39,928 bases of DNA from a virus (taxonomy: Duplodnaviria > Caudoviricetes): positions 1-39,928 of the IMG/VR virus record IMGVR_UViG_3300016474_000543. One strand, written 5' to 3'. This document shows, piece after piece, positions 8,917-19,225 of the stretch. How positions within the stretch are numbered: the stretch's first letter is position 1; each line of letters opens with the position of its first letter. The translations under genes were made by a program, and so were the position numbers. The notes under the pieces were generated by a model. The model saw only the letters and a list, made by a program, of their open reading frames with translations. It did not search any database and was not told the origin of the DNA.

Positions 8917-8976
8917 GTCAAATAATTTGGAAATATTATTTTATATTCTTATCTTTGTATTGTCTAATTAAAACAA

Positions 8977-9471
8977 ATGAACATGAGAGATTTATTGATT
9001 AAGCAAATTTCAGAAGAACTTGCAAATGGTAAAACTGATACTCTAAATGAGATATTGGTAAATGAGTTGGATGACAAACAAGTGTTAAGTCGATTAACCA
9101 AAGATAGTTTGGATATTCTTGAAGAAAGAAAACCCGATTTTGAATTAAGGGGTGGTATGCTTATCCGAGCAAAGAAAGATTTGAGAGGTACTTCAAATTC
9201 ATATAACACACCAGAGAGAATTGACATTCCAAAGGGGACAATTTTGAAAGTTCCGCTTGAGGGGACAAGGATGGGTGATGTGTTCTGTTCAGTTGTTGAG
9301 GGTGAATGCGTTGTTCATGTGCGTAGTATGTACAGAGATACCAATGGAGAAACAAGTGTAATTCGCAATGGTGATAACAACAACAGAGTTGGGTTGAATG
9401 AGGGTGTTAAAACACGATGCCCATACGATTTGGGGGTTGCTGATAAAACTTGTTGGGAAATTGTTAAATAA
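8977..9471 (+). CDS. hypothetical protein
   Basis: 164-aa ORF with own promoter. Confidence 0.85.
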   Translation: MNMRDLLIKQISEELANGKTDTLNEILVNELDDKQVLSRLTKDSLDILEERKPDFELRGGMLIRAKKDLRGTSNSYNTPERIDIPKGTILKVPLEGTRMGDVFCSVVEGECVVHVRSMYRDTNGETSVIRNGDNNNRVGLNEGVKTRCPYDLGVADKTCWEIVK

Positions 9472-9547
9472 AAAATAATAAAAGATTTGGATAAGTGAAA
9501 ACTTATCCTTATCTTTGTTTTGTCTAATAATTTAAAACAATTTAAAA

Positions 9548-9700
9548 ATGGAAGAAGCTAAAAAAGTATTTGAGGAATTAATTACATTGTACGATGTTGC
9601 TGATATGTTGGAAGCACAAGGTGATGATGAGGTTGCAATTGATGTGAGAATTAAATTAAATATTGTTTCAGAATTTTTGGTTAAACATTTTGAAATATAA
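9548..9700 (+). CDS. 50-aa acidic protein not in ORF track (MEEAKKVFEEL...)
   Basis: own promoter and leader; open frame. Confidence 0.8.
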   Translation: MEEAKKVFEELITLYDVADMLEAQGDDEVAIDVRIKLNIVSEFLVKHFEI

Positions 9701-9748
9701 AATAATATTCTTATCTTTGTTTTGTCTAATTAATTAAAACGATGTATT

Positions 9749-10012
9749 ATGGCTTATGTAGATTTCAAAGTTACGATTTGGGAGCGTGTTCACATTGACG
9801 ATGAGAGTGTTGAAAAGGTTGCTGAAAAAATCAAGGATGGTACCATTACTTGTTCAAACGATGTTTATTCTGAATTTGATGATAGGGTTGCCATTGATTG
9901 TGAGATTCTCCATGAAACTGCTGAACAAATGACCCTTGAAGAAAATGATAATCAATCAACGATTGAATTGTTCAATAGTAAGGGTGATACTATTTTAACC
10001 AACGAAAAATAA
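9749..10012 (+). CDS. small acidic hypothetical protein
   Basis: 87-aa ORF with own promoter. Confidence 0.85.
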   Translation: MAYVDFKVTIWERVHIDDESVEKVAEKIKDGTITCSNDVYSEFDDRVAIDCEILHETAEQMTLEENDNQSTIELFNSKGDTILTNEK

Positions 10013-10081
10013 TTGTAAAAAGATTTGGAGAATTGAAAAATTCTCCTTATCTTTGTTTTGTCTAATTAAAACAATTTAAAA

Positions 10082-10549
10082 ATGGAAAATTTAGTATTAC
10101 AAGCAATTGGGAATTCAGAAGTTGAGAAAATCAACAAAATCAAAAGAAACAAAGAATTTCTAAAAAGACTTATTGGTGATTTACAACAAGTATATACTTT
10201 GTATGTATCTAATGTTGATAACCAAAATAGTACAACATATCGTATCAAAAAACAAAGTAACTATATTGATACTATATTCTTTACTGCTGATGAACATGGT
10301 TGCAGATTCAGTACAAAAATGTTAGGTTACCGAGTATGTAACACACCAAGTTGGGAATTGGGTTGGATTGTTGAGAAATATGATACTTGCAAAGGGGATG
10401 ATAACTTTATGAGTGTTGATAATCGAATGGGTTGTCATGGACACGTTGAGGTATTGATTAACTTTACTGATGTTAGTGGAAACCTAATGGACATTATCAA
10501 AGATATTGCAAGAATTCTTGACCACGAAAAAGTTTCAAAAAGATTTTAA
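10082..10549 (+). CDS. hypothetical protein
   Basis: 155-aa ORF with own promoter. Confidence 0.85.
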   Translation: MENLVLQAIGNSEVEKINKIKRNKEFLKRLIGDLQQVYTLYVSNVDNQNSTTYRIKKQSNYIDTIFFTADEHGCRFSTKMLGYRVCNTPSWELGWIVEKYDTCKGDDNFMSVDNRMGCHGHVEVLINFTDVSGNLMDIIKDIARILDHEKVSKRF

Positions 10550-10626
10550 ATAAAATAATAAAAGATTTGGAGAATTGAAAAATTCTCCTTATCTTTGTTT
10601 TGTCTAATAATTTAAAACAATATATT

Positions 10627-11463
10627 ATGCCGAATCACGTAACAAACAATGTAACATTCACTGGTAGTGAAGAACGTGTAAATGAATTATTATCCTTTGT
10701 TAAAGGTGAGGATAGAGAATTTGATTTTCATAAGATTGCACCACTACCAAAAGAATTGGAGGGTACACAATCACCTTTAAGAATCATTTCACAAGAGGAA
10801 TACGATAAGCAAGAGGAAAGAATTGCCAAAGGTGAATTAACCGATAACGAAAAGAATTGGGGGTTGTCAAGAGGGTTGACACAAGAACTTGCTGATGAAT
10901 ATAGAACAAGATTTGGTGCAAGTGATTGGTACGATTGGCAATGTGATAATTGGGGTACAAAGTGGAATGCTTATGAAGTTACACATTTTGACAATGTAAT
11001 TGAATTTCAAACTGCTTGGTCAACACCTTATCCTATATTTGTTAAGTTGAGCAAATTATTTCCCGATGTTCTTATTTCTGTAAGATATGCAGATGAAGAC
11101 TTTGGTTACAATGTTGGGGAATACGATTTGCACAATGGGGAAGAAGTGAATGTTAATCAACCTAAAGGTGGTAGTGTTGAAGCATACGAATTGGCTATGG
11201 ATATTCAATATGGAACACCCGAAGATTATTTCCAATGTAATCAAGAAATCTTTACAGATGAATACACCGAAGAAGATGATGAAGAATTAAGTGATTATGT
11301 TTCACGAATGGTTGATATTGCTTATGCAAATAAATACTATCCATACGAAGACTGCGAGTTTAATAATTTAGTTTTGGAACGATTCAAAGAACTTGCTTTG
11401 GCTGATGAAAACTTTGAACTTGTTATCATTATTCAAAAGGAATTGGATAAGGTTGAAAAATAA
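10627..11463 (+). CDS. DUF1281/YubB ferredoxin-like domain protein
   Basis: MPNHVTN start, WYDWQCDNWGTKWNA and FQTAWSTP motifs. Confidence 0.8.
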   Translation: MPNHVTNNVTFTGSEERVNELLSFVKGEDREFDFHKIAPLPKELEGTQSPLRIISQEEYDKQEERIAKGELTDNEKNWGLSRGLTQELADEYRTRFGASDWYDWQCDNWGTKWNAYEVTHFDNVIEFQTAWSTPYPIFVKLSKLFPDVLISVRYADEDFGYNVGEYDLHNGEEVNVNQPKGGSVEAYELAMDIQYGTPEDYFQCNQEIFTDEYTEEDDEELSDYVSRMVDIAYANKYYPYEDCEFNNLVLERFKELALADENFELVIIIQKELDKVEK

Positions 11464-11533
11464 TTGTTAAAAGATTTGGAGAATTGAAAGATTCTCCTTA
11501 TCTTTGTTTTGTCTAATTTAAAAACATATTATT

Positions 11534-11779
11534 ATGAGTACGCAAATTGTTCTTATTTCAGTTGACCACAACAACGCAAGAAAAGTGTGTGAGCAAATTG
11601 AAGATACCACGTATCAAAGTTATCATGACTTGTTGAAAGATTTACGAGCAAAGGTTGGTAGCGATGATGGTTTTCTTATCTTTACAATTTCCCAATTCAT
11701 GGATGAGGTTAATGACCAAATTTTGGATAACTTGTCGGAGTATTTTATGTCCTATGTAAAAATAGATAGATTAAGTTAA
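11534..11779 (+). CDS. hypothetical protein
   Basis: 81-aa ORF with own promoter. Confidence 0.85.
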   Translation: MSTQIVLISVDHNNARKVCEQIEDTTYQSYHDLLKDLRAKVGSDDGFLIFTISQFMDEVNDQILDNLSEYFMSYVKIDRLS

Positions 11780-11859
11780 ATATAAAAAAAATGGGGTAAT
11801 TATTTGGTTATCCCATTTTATATTCTTATATTTGTTTTGTCTAATTAAAACATTGTCTT

Positions 11860-12144
11860 ATGGAAATCTTAGTTAATTTACACAATAAAATCAAAAATGA
11901 TTTAAGACCATTTGGTTATTTGGGTGATGATATATTTGAAGCAAGGTCATTTGTTGAATTTAAAATAGCTGAATATTGGGTTGATACACCACCAAAATAT
12001 CGTGGTGAATTAGAAAAGGAATATGCTAAAAAATGTTCTGAATTAAAAAAAATAAAAAAAGAAATAACTTCTTTTGCTACCAAAAATGGATTTAGATTAA
12101 TTTATGACGTTACTAGCAAAAAATACACAATAAAAATTAAATAA
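11860..12144 (+). CDS. hypothetical protein
   Basis: 94-aa ORF with own promoter. Confidence 0.8.
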   Translation: MEILVNLHNKIKNDLRPFGYLGDDIFEARSFVEFKIAEYWVDTPPKYRGELEKEYAKKCSELKKIKKEITSFATKNGFRLIYDVTSKKYTIKIK

Positions 12145-12200
12145 AATTTGGAAATATCCTTTTATATTCTTATATTTGTATTGTCTTAAAACTTAAAACA

Positions 12201-12515
12201 ATGGGAAAAGCAACAAAAACTTGGAAAATCGGTGAGTACATGAAAGGTGGGGTACTTACAGTTGAAATCAATGGTGATAAAATCAATATCATTGCCAAAG
12301 ATTGGGACACGTCAAAAGGATATTCTAAAGGAAGTGACCAAAGTAAAGCCAAAGAATTTGACAGAGAAACATATAATGCTACCGATAGCAACGTGGAACG
12401 TCAAATGATGAACTTTTTAGAGGATTTGACGACACATTACTACGCAAGTGTAGTTTGTGATTGGATTAAGTCTAAAGTGACGTTAAAAGCCAATTCTGGG
12501 TGGTATGGGTGGTAA
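12201..12515 (+). CDS. hypothetical protein
   Basis: 104-aa ORF with own promoter. Confidence 0.85.
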   Translation: MGKATKTWKIGEYMKGGVLTVEINGDKINIIAKDWDTSKGYSKGSDQSKAKEFDRETYNATDSNVERQMMNFLEDLTTHYYASVVCDWIKSKVTLKANSGWYGW

Positions 12516-12629
12516 AACACCCAAAATATACCAAAAATAACAAAAAATGGCATTTTTTTGATAAAAAATTAGGAAATATCGTTTTATATTCTTATCTTTG
12601 TTTTGTCTAATTAATTAAAACATAAAAAC

Positions 12630-13250
12630 ATGGGACAGTATTACAAACCAATTATTTTAAAAGAGGATAAAAAAACACCGATAGGGTTTGCATATTCTCA
12701 CGACTTCGGAAGTGGTCTTAAACTAATGGAACATTCGTGGATGAAGAATGATTTTGTTGGGTTCATTGAAAGTCTATTAATAAAGGATTCACCTTTTCAT
12801 AAGTCACCGATTGTTTGGGCTGGTGACTATGCAGATGAAGAGCCATTTGAAAGCATACCGAAAAAAGTTGTTGATGCTTTGGTTGAGGATGGTTATGAAT
12901 TGGAAAAGATACAAAAGCATGGTGCAAACCTTTATAGTATTGCATATCATTCAGCAGTAAAGTTGCAATCAAGCACGAATATGGTTCTAAAATCAAAAGA
13001 TAAAAGATACCTTGTTAACCATGATAAGAAACTATTTGTTGACAAAACGAAAGTACCAAAGGATTATGAAGGTTGGCAAATTCATCCACTACCTTTGTTG
13101 ACTTGTGAGGGCAATGGTCGTGGTGGTGGTGACTACCGAGGTGATAGTCCTTTGGTTGGTTCATGGGCGAGGGATATTATTTCAGTTGAGGGTTTGAAAT
13201 CTGAAATACCAAAAGATTATACAGAGGTTATATTTAACCTTGTTGAATAA
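12630..13250 (+). CDS. conserved phage hypothetical protein (MGQYY...GLKLMEHSW...GNGRGGGDY)
   Basis: 206-aa ORF with own promoter. Confidence 0.9.
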   Translation: MGQYYKPIILKEDKKTPIGFAYSHDFGSGLKLMEHSWMKNDFVGFIESLLIKDSPFHKSPIVWAGDYADEEPFESIPKKVVDALVEDGYELEKIQKHGANLYSIAYHSAVKLQSSTNMVLKSKDKRYLVNHDKKLFVDKTKVPKDYEGWQIHPLPLLTCEGNGRGGGDYRGDSPLVGSWARDIISVEGLKSEIPKDYTEVIFNLVE

Positions 13251-13292
13251 AGATACAACGTGTAAGTTGTTTTAAATTAACAAAGAGGTGAA

Positions 13293-13316
13293 TGGGGTAC
13301 AAGTTGTACCCCTTTT
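13293..13316 (+). terminator. intrinsic terminator
   Basis: ggggtacaa-g-ttgtacccc plus tttt. Confidence 0.7.
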
Positions 13317-13325
13317 GCTATATGG

Positions 13326-13350
13326 GTATGTACACAATTGTGTATATGCG
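13326..13350. repeat. palindromic repeat copy 2
   Basis: tatgtacacaattgtgtatatgcg. Confidence 0.7.
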
Positions 13351-13410
13351 TGTGTGGTGGCGATAAGTTTTTTTGTTATTTAATATTATTTTCTTATATT
13401 TACTAATATA

Positions 13411-13608
13411 ATGGAACATTTAATAAATAAAAGTATTAGCCTACAAAATAGAGGGTTGGATGAACTTGAGTCATGGACTAAGATGCTTTCAGAGGTTCAG
13501 AAAAAACTTATTAAAGCATACAACTTAAGAAACTCTGAATTGGCTGAACAACACCAAAAAGATATTGACTTCATTCAGAAGCAAATTGTACGTTTAAATA
13601 ATAGATGA
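13411..13608 (+). CDS. small helical hypothetical protein
   Basis: 65-aa ORF. Confidence 0.7.
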   Translation: MEHLINKSISLQNRGLDELESWTKMLSEVQKKLIKAYNLRNSELAEQHQKDIDFIQKQIVRLNNR

Positions 13609-13686
13609 CAAACGTATAATTAATATTTCACATTTCCAAATAATTTTATTAACAATTAATTATTCACAGTAAACCAGGAATGGTAT

Positions 13687-13750
13687 GGACGTGTCGGAGT
13701 CTACTCTACTACCACCTTGTGAGTGTCAGCCCCTTTGTATCTTATTGATA
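13687..13750 (-). ncRNA. GTAGACTCC element copy 3
   Basis: minus-strand promoter ~13754-13785; nearly identical to copies 2 and 5. Confidence 0.65.
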
Positions 13751-13900
13751 TATCAAAGATACAAATAGTATTTTATATATCCAAATTTTTTGGGTAAAAT
13801 TTTGACAAATAAAAAAAAATAAAAAAAATCCTATTTTATATTTGGTAATTAAAAAAATTTACTTATCTTTGTATTGTCTAATTATTAAAACAACAGCGTT

Positions 13901-14638
13901 ATGAAAAAGAATGATGATTTCGAATTCGAAAAAGTTAGTTACTTACAAAGTGATAAGTACGAATTGTTTGACTACTTACCTTTTAATAGACCAGTTGACA
14001 ATGCACACGTTAACAAGTTAATGGAAAGTATGAAAATACATGGTTTTAAAGGAGTTATACAAGTTATTAGAACTGCATTTATTGAGGGTAAAATTAAATT
14101 GTATATACTTGAGGGTCAACACCGTTTTGCAGCTGCAATGAGATTGGGAATACCTTTTAAATTTGAGTTAACTGAATTAGTTAGTCAACACGAAACTGCT
14201 GAATTTATTTCTGAATTAAATAATTCTGCAAAAAGTTGGGGTACTTCACAATTCTTAAAGGTTTGGTCTGGTCTAGGTATTAAGGAATATGTTAAATTGA
14301 ATAAAGTATTCAATGATACAGGTTTTCAAATTACACCATTAATTGAAGCTTATACTTTTTCACCAAACATGCAAGATTTTAGAAAGGGTTCATTAACATT
14401 TGTTAATGAGGTTGAAAGTGATAAAATCATTCTAAGAATGATTGAATTAAACCAATACCTACCTAAAAAAGCATTTTGCAGAAGACAAGTAGTTAGAATG
14501 TTGAGAAACCCAAAATATAACCATAAAAAAATGAAATTGGCTATTCAAAATTACATTCAAGTTATGGGTGGATTCTCTGAAAATGAACGTGAATTGAAAA
14601 AAGAATTACAAAGGTTAATGGATAACAATTGTAAATAA
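13901..14638 (+). CDS. ParB/Srx-like N-terminal domain protein
   Basis: FNRPV...HVNKLMESM...ILEGQHRFAAA. Confidence 0.75.
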   Translation: MKKNDDFEFEKVSYLQSDKYELFDYLPFNRPVDNAHVNKLMESMKIHGFKGVIQVIRTAFIEGKIKLYILEGQHRFAAAMRLGIPFKFELTELVSQHETAEFISELNNSAKSWGTSQFLKVWSGLGIKEYVKLNKVFNDTGFQITPLIEAYTFSPNMQDFRKGSLTFVNEVESDKIILRMIELNQYLPKKAFCRRQVVRMLRNPKYNHKKMKLAIQNYIQVMGGFSENERELKKELQRLMDNNCK

Positions 14639-14717
14639 TTTAAAAAAAGTGGCACTATCATTTGGTAGTGTCATTTTTATTTTGTATCTTTGATTTATCA
14701 ATTTAAAACAATAAGTT

Positions 14718-15035
14718 ATGAAAGCGAATTACAATTACCCAAAAGATGAAATGGAATTTTATAGCAGACAATATTCTGTTTCAGATTTAATTAAGAACTA
14801 CAAGTTCCCTGAGTTAATGGCTTACTACCTTTATGGTATGAATACCTTAAGAGCCATTCAATATGCTATTGATAACAATGAATACGAATTAATTGAAAGA
14901 ACAAAAAGTGAGGTCTATGAGGACAAATTGTATTTTACTATGCGAACTACCATAGTTAAAAATGCACTTCGCAAAATGGATACTTGCGATTTGTTATCGG
15001 CTAAAAATAGTATGTTTGTTTGTTACTCAAATTAA
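14718..15035 (+). CDS. hypothetical protein
   Basis: 105-aa ORF with own promoter. Confidence 0.85.
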   Translation: MKANYNYPKDEMEFYSRQYSVSDLIKNYKFPELMAYYLYGMNTLRAIQYAIDNNEYELIERTKSEVYEDKLYFTMRTTIVKNALRKMDTCDLLSAKNSMFVCYSN

Positions 15036-15041
15036 TTCACA

Positions 15042-15191
15042 ATGGAACAAGAACTATCAAACCTATACATAAACGAAGAAGGTTGTTTATGTTATCAAGA
15101 TTCTTATATAAAAGATACCTTGTATGTCCAATCAATATTTGAAAATGTCTTCGGAATTATTTTCAATGTTTATCCAAAAAAAACAAAATAA
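15042..15191 (+). CDS. 49-aa protein not in ORF track (MEQELSNLYINEEG...)
   Basis: open frame 6 nt after the previous stop. Confidence 0.6.
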   Translation: MEQELSNLYINEEGCLCYQDSYIKDTLYVQSIFENVFGIIFNVYPKKTK

Positions 15192-15239
15192 TATTAAATA
15201 AGATTTGGAGAATAGAAATATTCTCCTTATCTTTGTTAT

Positions 15240-15293
15240 GTAGTTGAAAGGCACGTTACTCACAAGGTATCGGACAGTAGACTCCGACATGCA
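15240..15293 (+). ncRNA. GTAGACTCC element copy 4
   Basis: promoter ~15204-15235; aggcacgttactcacaaggtatcggacagtagactccgac. Confidence 0.6.
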
Positions 15294-15411
15294 CATATAA
15301 AAAATATGCTAAAAATATAGATTAAAAAAAAATAAAAAAAAGTTTGCAAAAAATTTGGAAATATGAAATAAGATTCTTATCTTTGATATATCAATTTAAA
15401 ACAATAAGGTT

Positions 15412-15618
15412 ATGACAAAGGCACAAATGATTGAAACAATCCAACTAGCAGAGGCAAAGGCTTGGAAAGAGTATCTTAATGCAAAAGATATTTTCGGTAA
15501 AGACGATGAGGTAACTAGAAGACATTGTAGAGCTTGGATGACCATAGACAATCTTCGTGAGGAAATGGGTATCGAGCGAATGACTGCCAAAAAACTATTT
15601 GAGTTGGAACTTATTTAA
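15412..15618 (+). CDS. hypothetical protein
   Basis: 68-aa ORF with own promoter and a terminator at ~15633-15654. Confidence 0.85.
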   Translation: MTKAQMIETIQLAEAKAWKEYLNAKDIFGKDDEVTRRHCRAWMTIDNLREEMGIERMTAKKLFELELI

Positions 15619-15676
15619 GAACAAGGAACGAATGGGGATGAAAGTCCCCTTTTTCGTTTTACCATAAAAAAAAGTA

Positions 15677-15734
15677 GGGACGTGTTGGAGTCTACTCTAC
15701 TACCACCTTGCGAGTGTCAGCCCCATCGTTCATA
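15677..15734 (-). ncRNA. GTAGACTCC element copy 5
   Basis: minus-strand promoter ~15738-15769; ggggctgacactcgcaaggtggtagtagagtagactccaac. Confidence 0.65.
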
Positions 15735-15868
15735 TTGTAAAGGTAAGGATAATAAATGAGACTACCAAATAATTTAGCAACTTTTTTTTAAAATTATTTT
15801 CATTAAAAATTTGGATATATCGTTTTATATTATTATCTTTGTATTGTAATCAATTAAACATAAACACA

Positions 15869-16159
15869 ATGGCTAATAATGACATTAAGTTGGTAATCGG
15901 ACTAACAATTTACAAAGGGGATTGGGACGGTGCGCAATGGACTATTACGGGTAACCCTAAACAATCTATGACTATTAAAGAGTTTGAAAGTGCCTATGAC
16001 TTTGAGGACTTTTTGAAAGAACATATCAATTGTAATGGTATTGAGTTTGATAGTGAGTTTTGTCAGTTTTTTGCTTATGCAAAAACAAAATCTAGTGCAA
16101 TTGCCTTTGGTAATCGTATTGAACGATACTTTGAAAAAGTTAGAAAAATGTTGTCCTAA
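15869..16159 (+). CDS. hypothetical protein
   Basis: start moved to ATG 15869; own promoter. Confidence 0.85.
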   Translation: MANNDIKLVIGLTIYKGDWDGAQWTITGNPKQSMTIKEFESAYDFEDFLKEHINCNGIEFDSEFCQFFAYAKTKSSAIAFGNRIERYFEKVRKMLS

Positions 16160-16219
16160 AATTTGGATATATCGTTTTATATTATTATCTTTGATTTATC
16201 AATTTAAAACAACTTAAAG

Positions 16220-16759
16220 ATGAAAACGATTAACGATGTAAGGGACATGGCAATTGAGTTAATGAATACTCAATTCACTTTCAAAACAGCTTATACCACG
16301 CATAAGGTTAGTGCTGCTGATTTGGGTTACCGATTTGAATTTGGTAATAAGAAAAGAGCCTTTGGAACTTGTTATTATATCCAAAAGAAAATTCAATTAT
16401 CATTACCTTTGTGTGTTGAGAATTTGGATAAAGTTGATACAAGAATAAAGAATACAATGTTGCATGAAATTGCTCACGCATTATGTGTTTATGTTCATGG
16501 TGTCAAACATGGCAAAGGTCATGGTGCGCATTGGAAAAGCATTGCAAGGCAAATAGGGTGCGATGGAGAGCGTTGTTTTTCTTCGGAACTTGTTTCCATG
16601 CCAAAGAGCAAATATAGCCTTATATGTGATACGTGTGGAAATGTAACGCCAAAATATAGAAAGATAAGTTCAACGTATGCTTGTAGCAAATGTTGTAACG
16701 CTCACAACAATGGAAAGTTTAGTCATGCTTATAAACTACGACTTGTTGAAAACTATTAA
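16220..16759 (+). CDS. SprT-like zinc metalloprotease with C-terminal zinc ribbon
   Basis: TMLHEIAHA, GHGAHWK, CDTC and CSKC. Confidence 0.88.
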   Translation: MKTINDVRDMAIELMNTQFTFKTAYTTHKVSAADLGYRFEFGNKKRAFGTCYYIQKKIQLSLPLCVENLDKVDTRIKNTMLHEIAHALCVYVHGVKHGKGHGAHWKSIARQIGCDGERCFSSELVSMPKSKYSLICDTCGNVTPKYRKISSTYACSKCCNAHNNGKFSHAYKLRLVENY

Positions 16760-16834
16760 AAATAATATTAAATAAGATTTGGAGAATTGAAAAATTCTCC
16801 TTATCTTTGTTATATCAATTTAAAACAATGTATT

Positions 16835-17071
16835 ATGAACAGATTTGAAAAAATTGCACTTGTGAGTGTTTTGGTAATTGCACTTGTGAGTGTTTCGGTA
16901 CTTATTTATAGGGCTATTGCTTTTGACTCAAAAGAAGTGATAAAAGGGGAGGATATGGTTGATAACGGCTCAATAAAAAGATTGAGTTTTGATAATCATG
17001 AATATATCATGGTATATCAGTCCAAAGGTATTGCGGTTGTGCATAACGAAGCTTGTAAATGTAAAAAATAA
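16835..17071 (+). CDS. membrane-anchored small protein
   Basis: N-terminal hydrophobic helix; C-terminal HNEACKC. Confidence 0.8.
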   Translation: MNRFEKIALVSVLVIALVSVSVLIYRAIAFDSKEVIKGEDMVDNGSIKRLSFDNHEYIMVYQSKGIAVVHNEACKCKK

Positions 17072-17141
17072 TATTAAATAAGATTTGGAGAATTGAAAGA
17101 TTCTCCTTATCTTTGTTATATCAATTTAAAACATAAAGGTC

Positions 17142-17426
17142 ATGTGTAAATTTTCAGAAAAAATGACAAACGATATTTTAAAATCGTTGGGTAAAGAAAA
17201 CGCACCAGAGAAAATATTGGTTGAAGCGTATTTAGAGGTTATGGTTGGAAGAATTAAAGCTGAAGCAATCAATCAATCTAATACAATTGAAGAATTGAAA
17301 AGAAAGCATGAAAAAATAAGAGATGTTCTTATTGGCTATGGAAATAAAGAATTTGGAGATTGTATAATAGATGAAATTTGTGAGGTTGTGGGTATAGCTC
17401 CAACAACAATTTATTATGAAGAATAA
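17142..17426 (+). CDS. hypothetical protein
   Basis: 94-aa ORF with own promoter. Confidence 0.85.
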   Translation: MCKFSEKMTNDILKSLGKENAPEKILVEAYLEVMVGRIKAEAINQSNTIEELKRKHEKIRDVLIGYGNKEFGDCIIDEICEVVGIAPTTIYYEE

Positions 17427-17482
17427 TAATTTTTTTCCACTAAAGATTTGGATAAGTGAAAACTTATCCTTATCTTTGTTAT

Positions 17483-17537
17483 GTAGATGAAAGGCACGTT
17501 ACTCAAAAGGTAACGGAAAGTAGACTCCAACACGTCT
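17483..17537 (+). ncRNA. GTAGACTCC element copy 6
   Basis: promoter ~17447-17478; aggcacgttactcaaaaggtaacggaaagtagactccaac. Confidence 0.6.
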
Positions 17538-17636
17538 TATAAAAAAAAGAAAAATAAATAAAAAATAATTAATAAAAAATTTGGAAATATAAAATAATAT
17601 TCTTATCTTTGATTTAACAATTTAAAACAATACATC

Positions 17637-17828
17637 ATGAAAAAACATTCTATTATTATGACGATTACTTGCTTGGTTGGTATGGTAACGTGTTTGGTTG
17701 GTCTTTGGACTATCGTTAAAAACAATGAGCAGTTTGTGTTATTAAGTTATTTGTTTTTAACTTTTGGTATTACGGGTGCTATTGTGCTTGTTTGTCATAA
17801 AGAATTTGATAAAGCATTATCAAAATAA
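17637..17828 (+). CDS. small two-TM membrane protein
   Basis: 63 aa, two hydrophobic segments, own promoter. Confidence 0.8.
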   Translation: MKKHSIIMTITCLVGMVTCLVGLWTIVKNNEQFVLLSYLFLTFGITGAIVLVCHKEFDKALSK

Positions 17829-17901
17829 AATTGCAAAAAGATTTGGAGAATTGAAAAATTCTCCTTATCTTTGAAGTGTCTAACATTTAAAACATAAGGT
17901 C

Positions 17902-18159
17902 ATGTCGGAAGTAAAAACATTAAGTCCACAAGAAAGAAAAGAGCAGTTCGTTCAATCATTGGTTGATAGATTTGAAAAAGAATTAAGTGGTGATAGGCTC
18001 ACCACAAAATTTGAAACTTGCTCATCAGCACCCTCATTTGGTTGGAGTGTTGAAGAATATATGTATATGCCAATTGTGGCACAACGTTTAAGAGAAAAAG
18101 GTTATTCAGTTTCTTCAAGCGTTAATTGGGGAGTTACTGATTGGGTTATTGCAGTGTAG
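17902..18159 (+). CDS. hypothetical protein
   Basis: 85-aa ORF with own promoter. Confidence 0.85.
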   Translation: MSEVKTLSPQERKEQFVQSLVDRFEKELSGDRLTTKFETCSSAPSFGWSVEEYMYMPIVAQRLREKGYSVSSSVNWGVTDWVIAV

Positions 18160-18235
18160 TCTGTTGTTTTAAGTTGATGAAAAAAAAGTGGGGTAATCAT
18201 TTGGTTATCCCATTTTTTATTATTATCTTTATGGT

Positions 18236-18313
18236 ATGAAAAGAGTTATTGAAAATATCGGAACAATGTTATTGCTACTTATCCTATCCATTATAGGGTT
18301 TGGTAATGAATAA
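18236..18313 (+). CDS. 25-aa hydrophobic micro-peptide (MKRVIENIGTMLLLLILSIIGFGNE), probably leaderless
   Basis: ATG just after the -7 element. Confidence 0.5.
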   Translation: MKRVIENIGTMLLLLILSIIGFGNE

Positions 18314-18324
18314 AATAATTTATT

Positions 18325-18579
18325 ATGGAGGTTTCAACATTAACAAATAAAGAACTTTGTCAAATAAGGGACATTTTAAAAGAGTGTGAAAAAATTGAAT
18401 ATGCTAAAATTAATGAACGCATATCTAGTTTAAAAGAATTGGAACGATTTGGTGAAAGATTTGTTCGTTGGGTTGCAGATTTGGATATTCATAATGTATA
18501 TGTACGTATGGCGTTCTTATCGATGAGTATTAATTATGAAATGAGTGACAGATTTTATAAATTAAATTTGGAAATATAA
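18325..18579 (+). CDS. hypothetical protein
   Basis: 84-aa ORF. Confidence 0.8.
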   Translation: MEVSTLTNKELCQIRDILKECEKIEYAKINERISSLKELERFGERFVRWVADLDIHNVYVRMAFLSMSINYEMSDRFYKLNLEI

Positions 18580-18618
18580 AATAATATTCTTATCTTTGAT
18601 TTATCAAATTAAAACAAC

Positions 18619-18771
18619 ATGAAAGCTCAAACAATTAAAATGAATGTGGGAGTTACAAGAAACTCTCAAAAGGAACAAGGATTCTTTGATGGTCGATTCG
18701 TTGAACGAAGTGAGAAACCTAAAAACCTATACTCAAGAAAGGTTAAACATAGAAATAAAGGTTGGGATTAA
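18619..18771 (+). CDS. 50-aa basic protein with ArfA-like tail, not in ORF track
   Basis: own promoter and leader; GRFVERSEKPKNLYSRKVKH. Confidence 0.75.
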   Translation: MKAQTIKMNVGVTRNSQKEQGFFDGRFVERSEKPKNLYSRKVKHRNKGWD

Positions 18772-18843
18772 TTTCCCACCTTTTTATTTGGTTATATCGT
18801 TTTTTATTATTATCTTTGTTATATCAATTTAAAACAATAAAAC

Positions 18844-19131
18844 ATGAAAGCAGAAATTAAAATAACAAAACAATATGGGTTTGCCTACTATTGGGAACTA
18901 ATTGTTTCAACACCAAAGAAAACTAAGTCTTTCTATTTGGGTCAAGACGTTAAGTTTTGTCAAAGAGTATTGGGTATGGATACTGCATACGTTGTTAAAC
19001 AAATTGGAACAAAAGAAGTTGGTTACGGAACACCAGGAAATAAGAAACTTGGTAAATTCATTTGTAACGAACTTGGATTGAACGGAAGAAACATTGATAA
19101 GATTGAGCCATGGGGATTGTGTGCTGAATAA
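18844..19131 (+). CDS. hypothetical phage protein (YLGQDVKFC)
   Basis: 95-aa ORF with own promoter. Confidence 0.85.
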   Translation: MKAEIKITKQYGFAYYWELIVSTPKKTKSFYLGQDVKFCQRVLGMDTAYVVKQIGTKEVGYGTPGNKKLGKFICNELGLNGRNIDKIEPWGLCAE

Positions 19132-19225
19132 ATAAAATAAACAAAGAACGAAAAAAGTGGCACTATCATTTGGTAGTGTCATTTTTATTTATTACCTTTG
19201 TTATATCAATTTAAATCAGAATAAG

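Noticed and set aside
18644-18832. 62-aa ORF in the track
   Set aside because: Runs through the next promoter; the 18619-18771 frame has the proper leader
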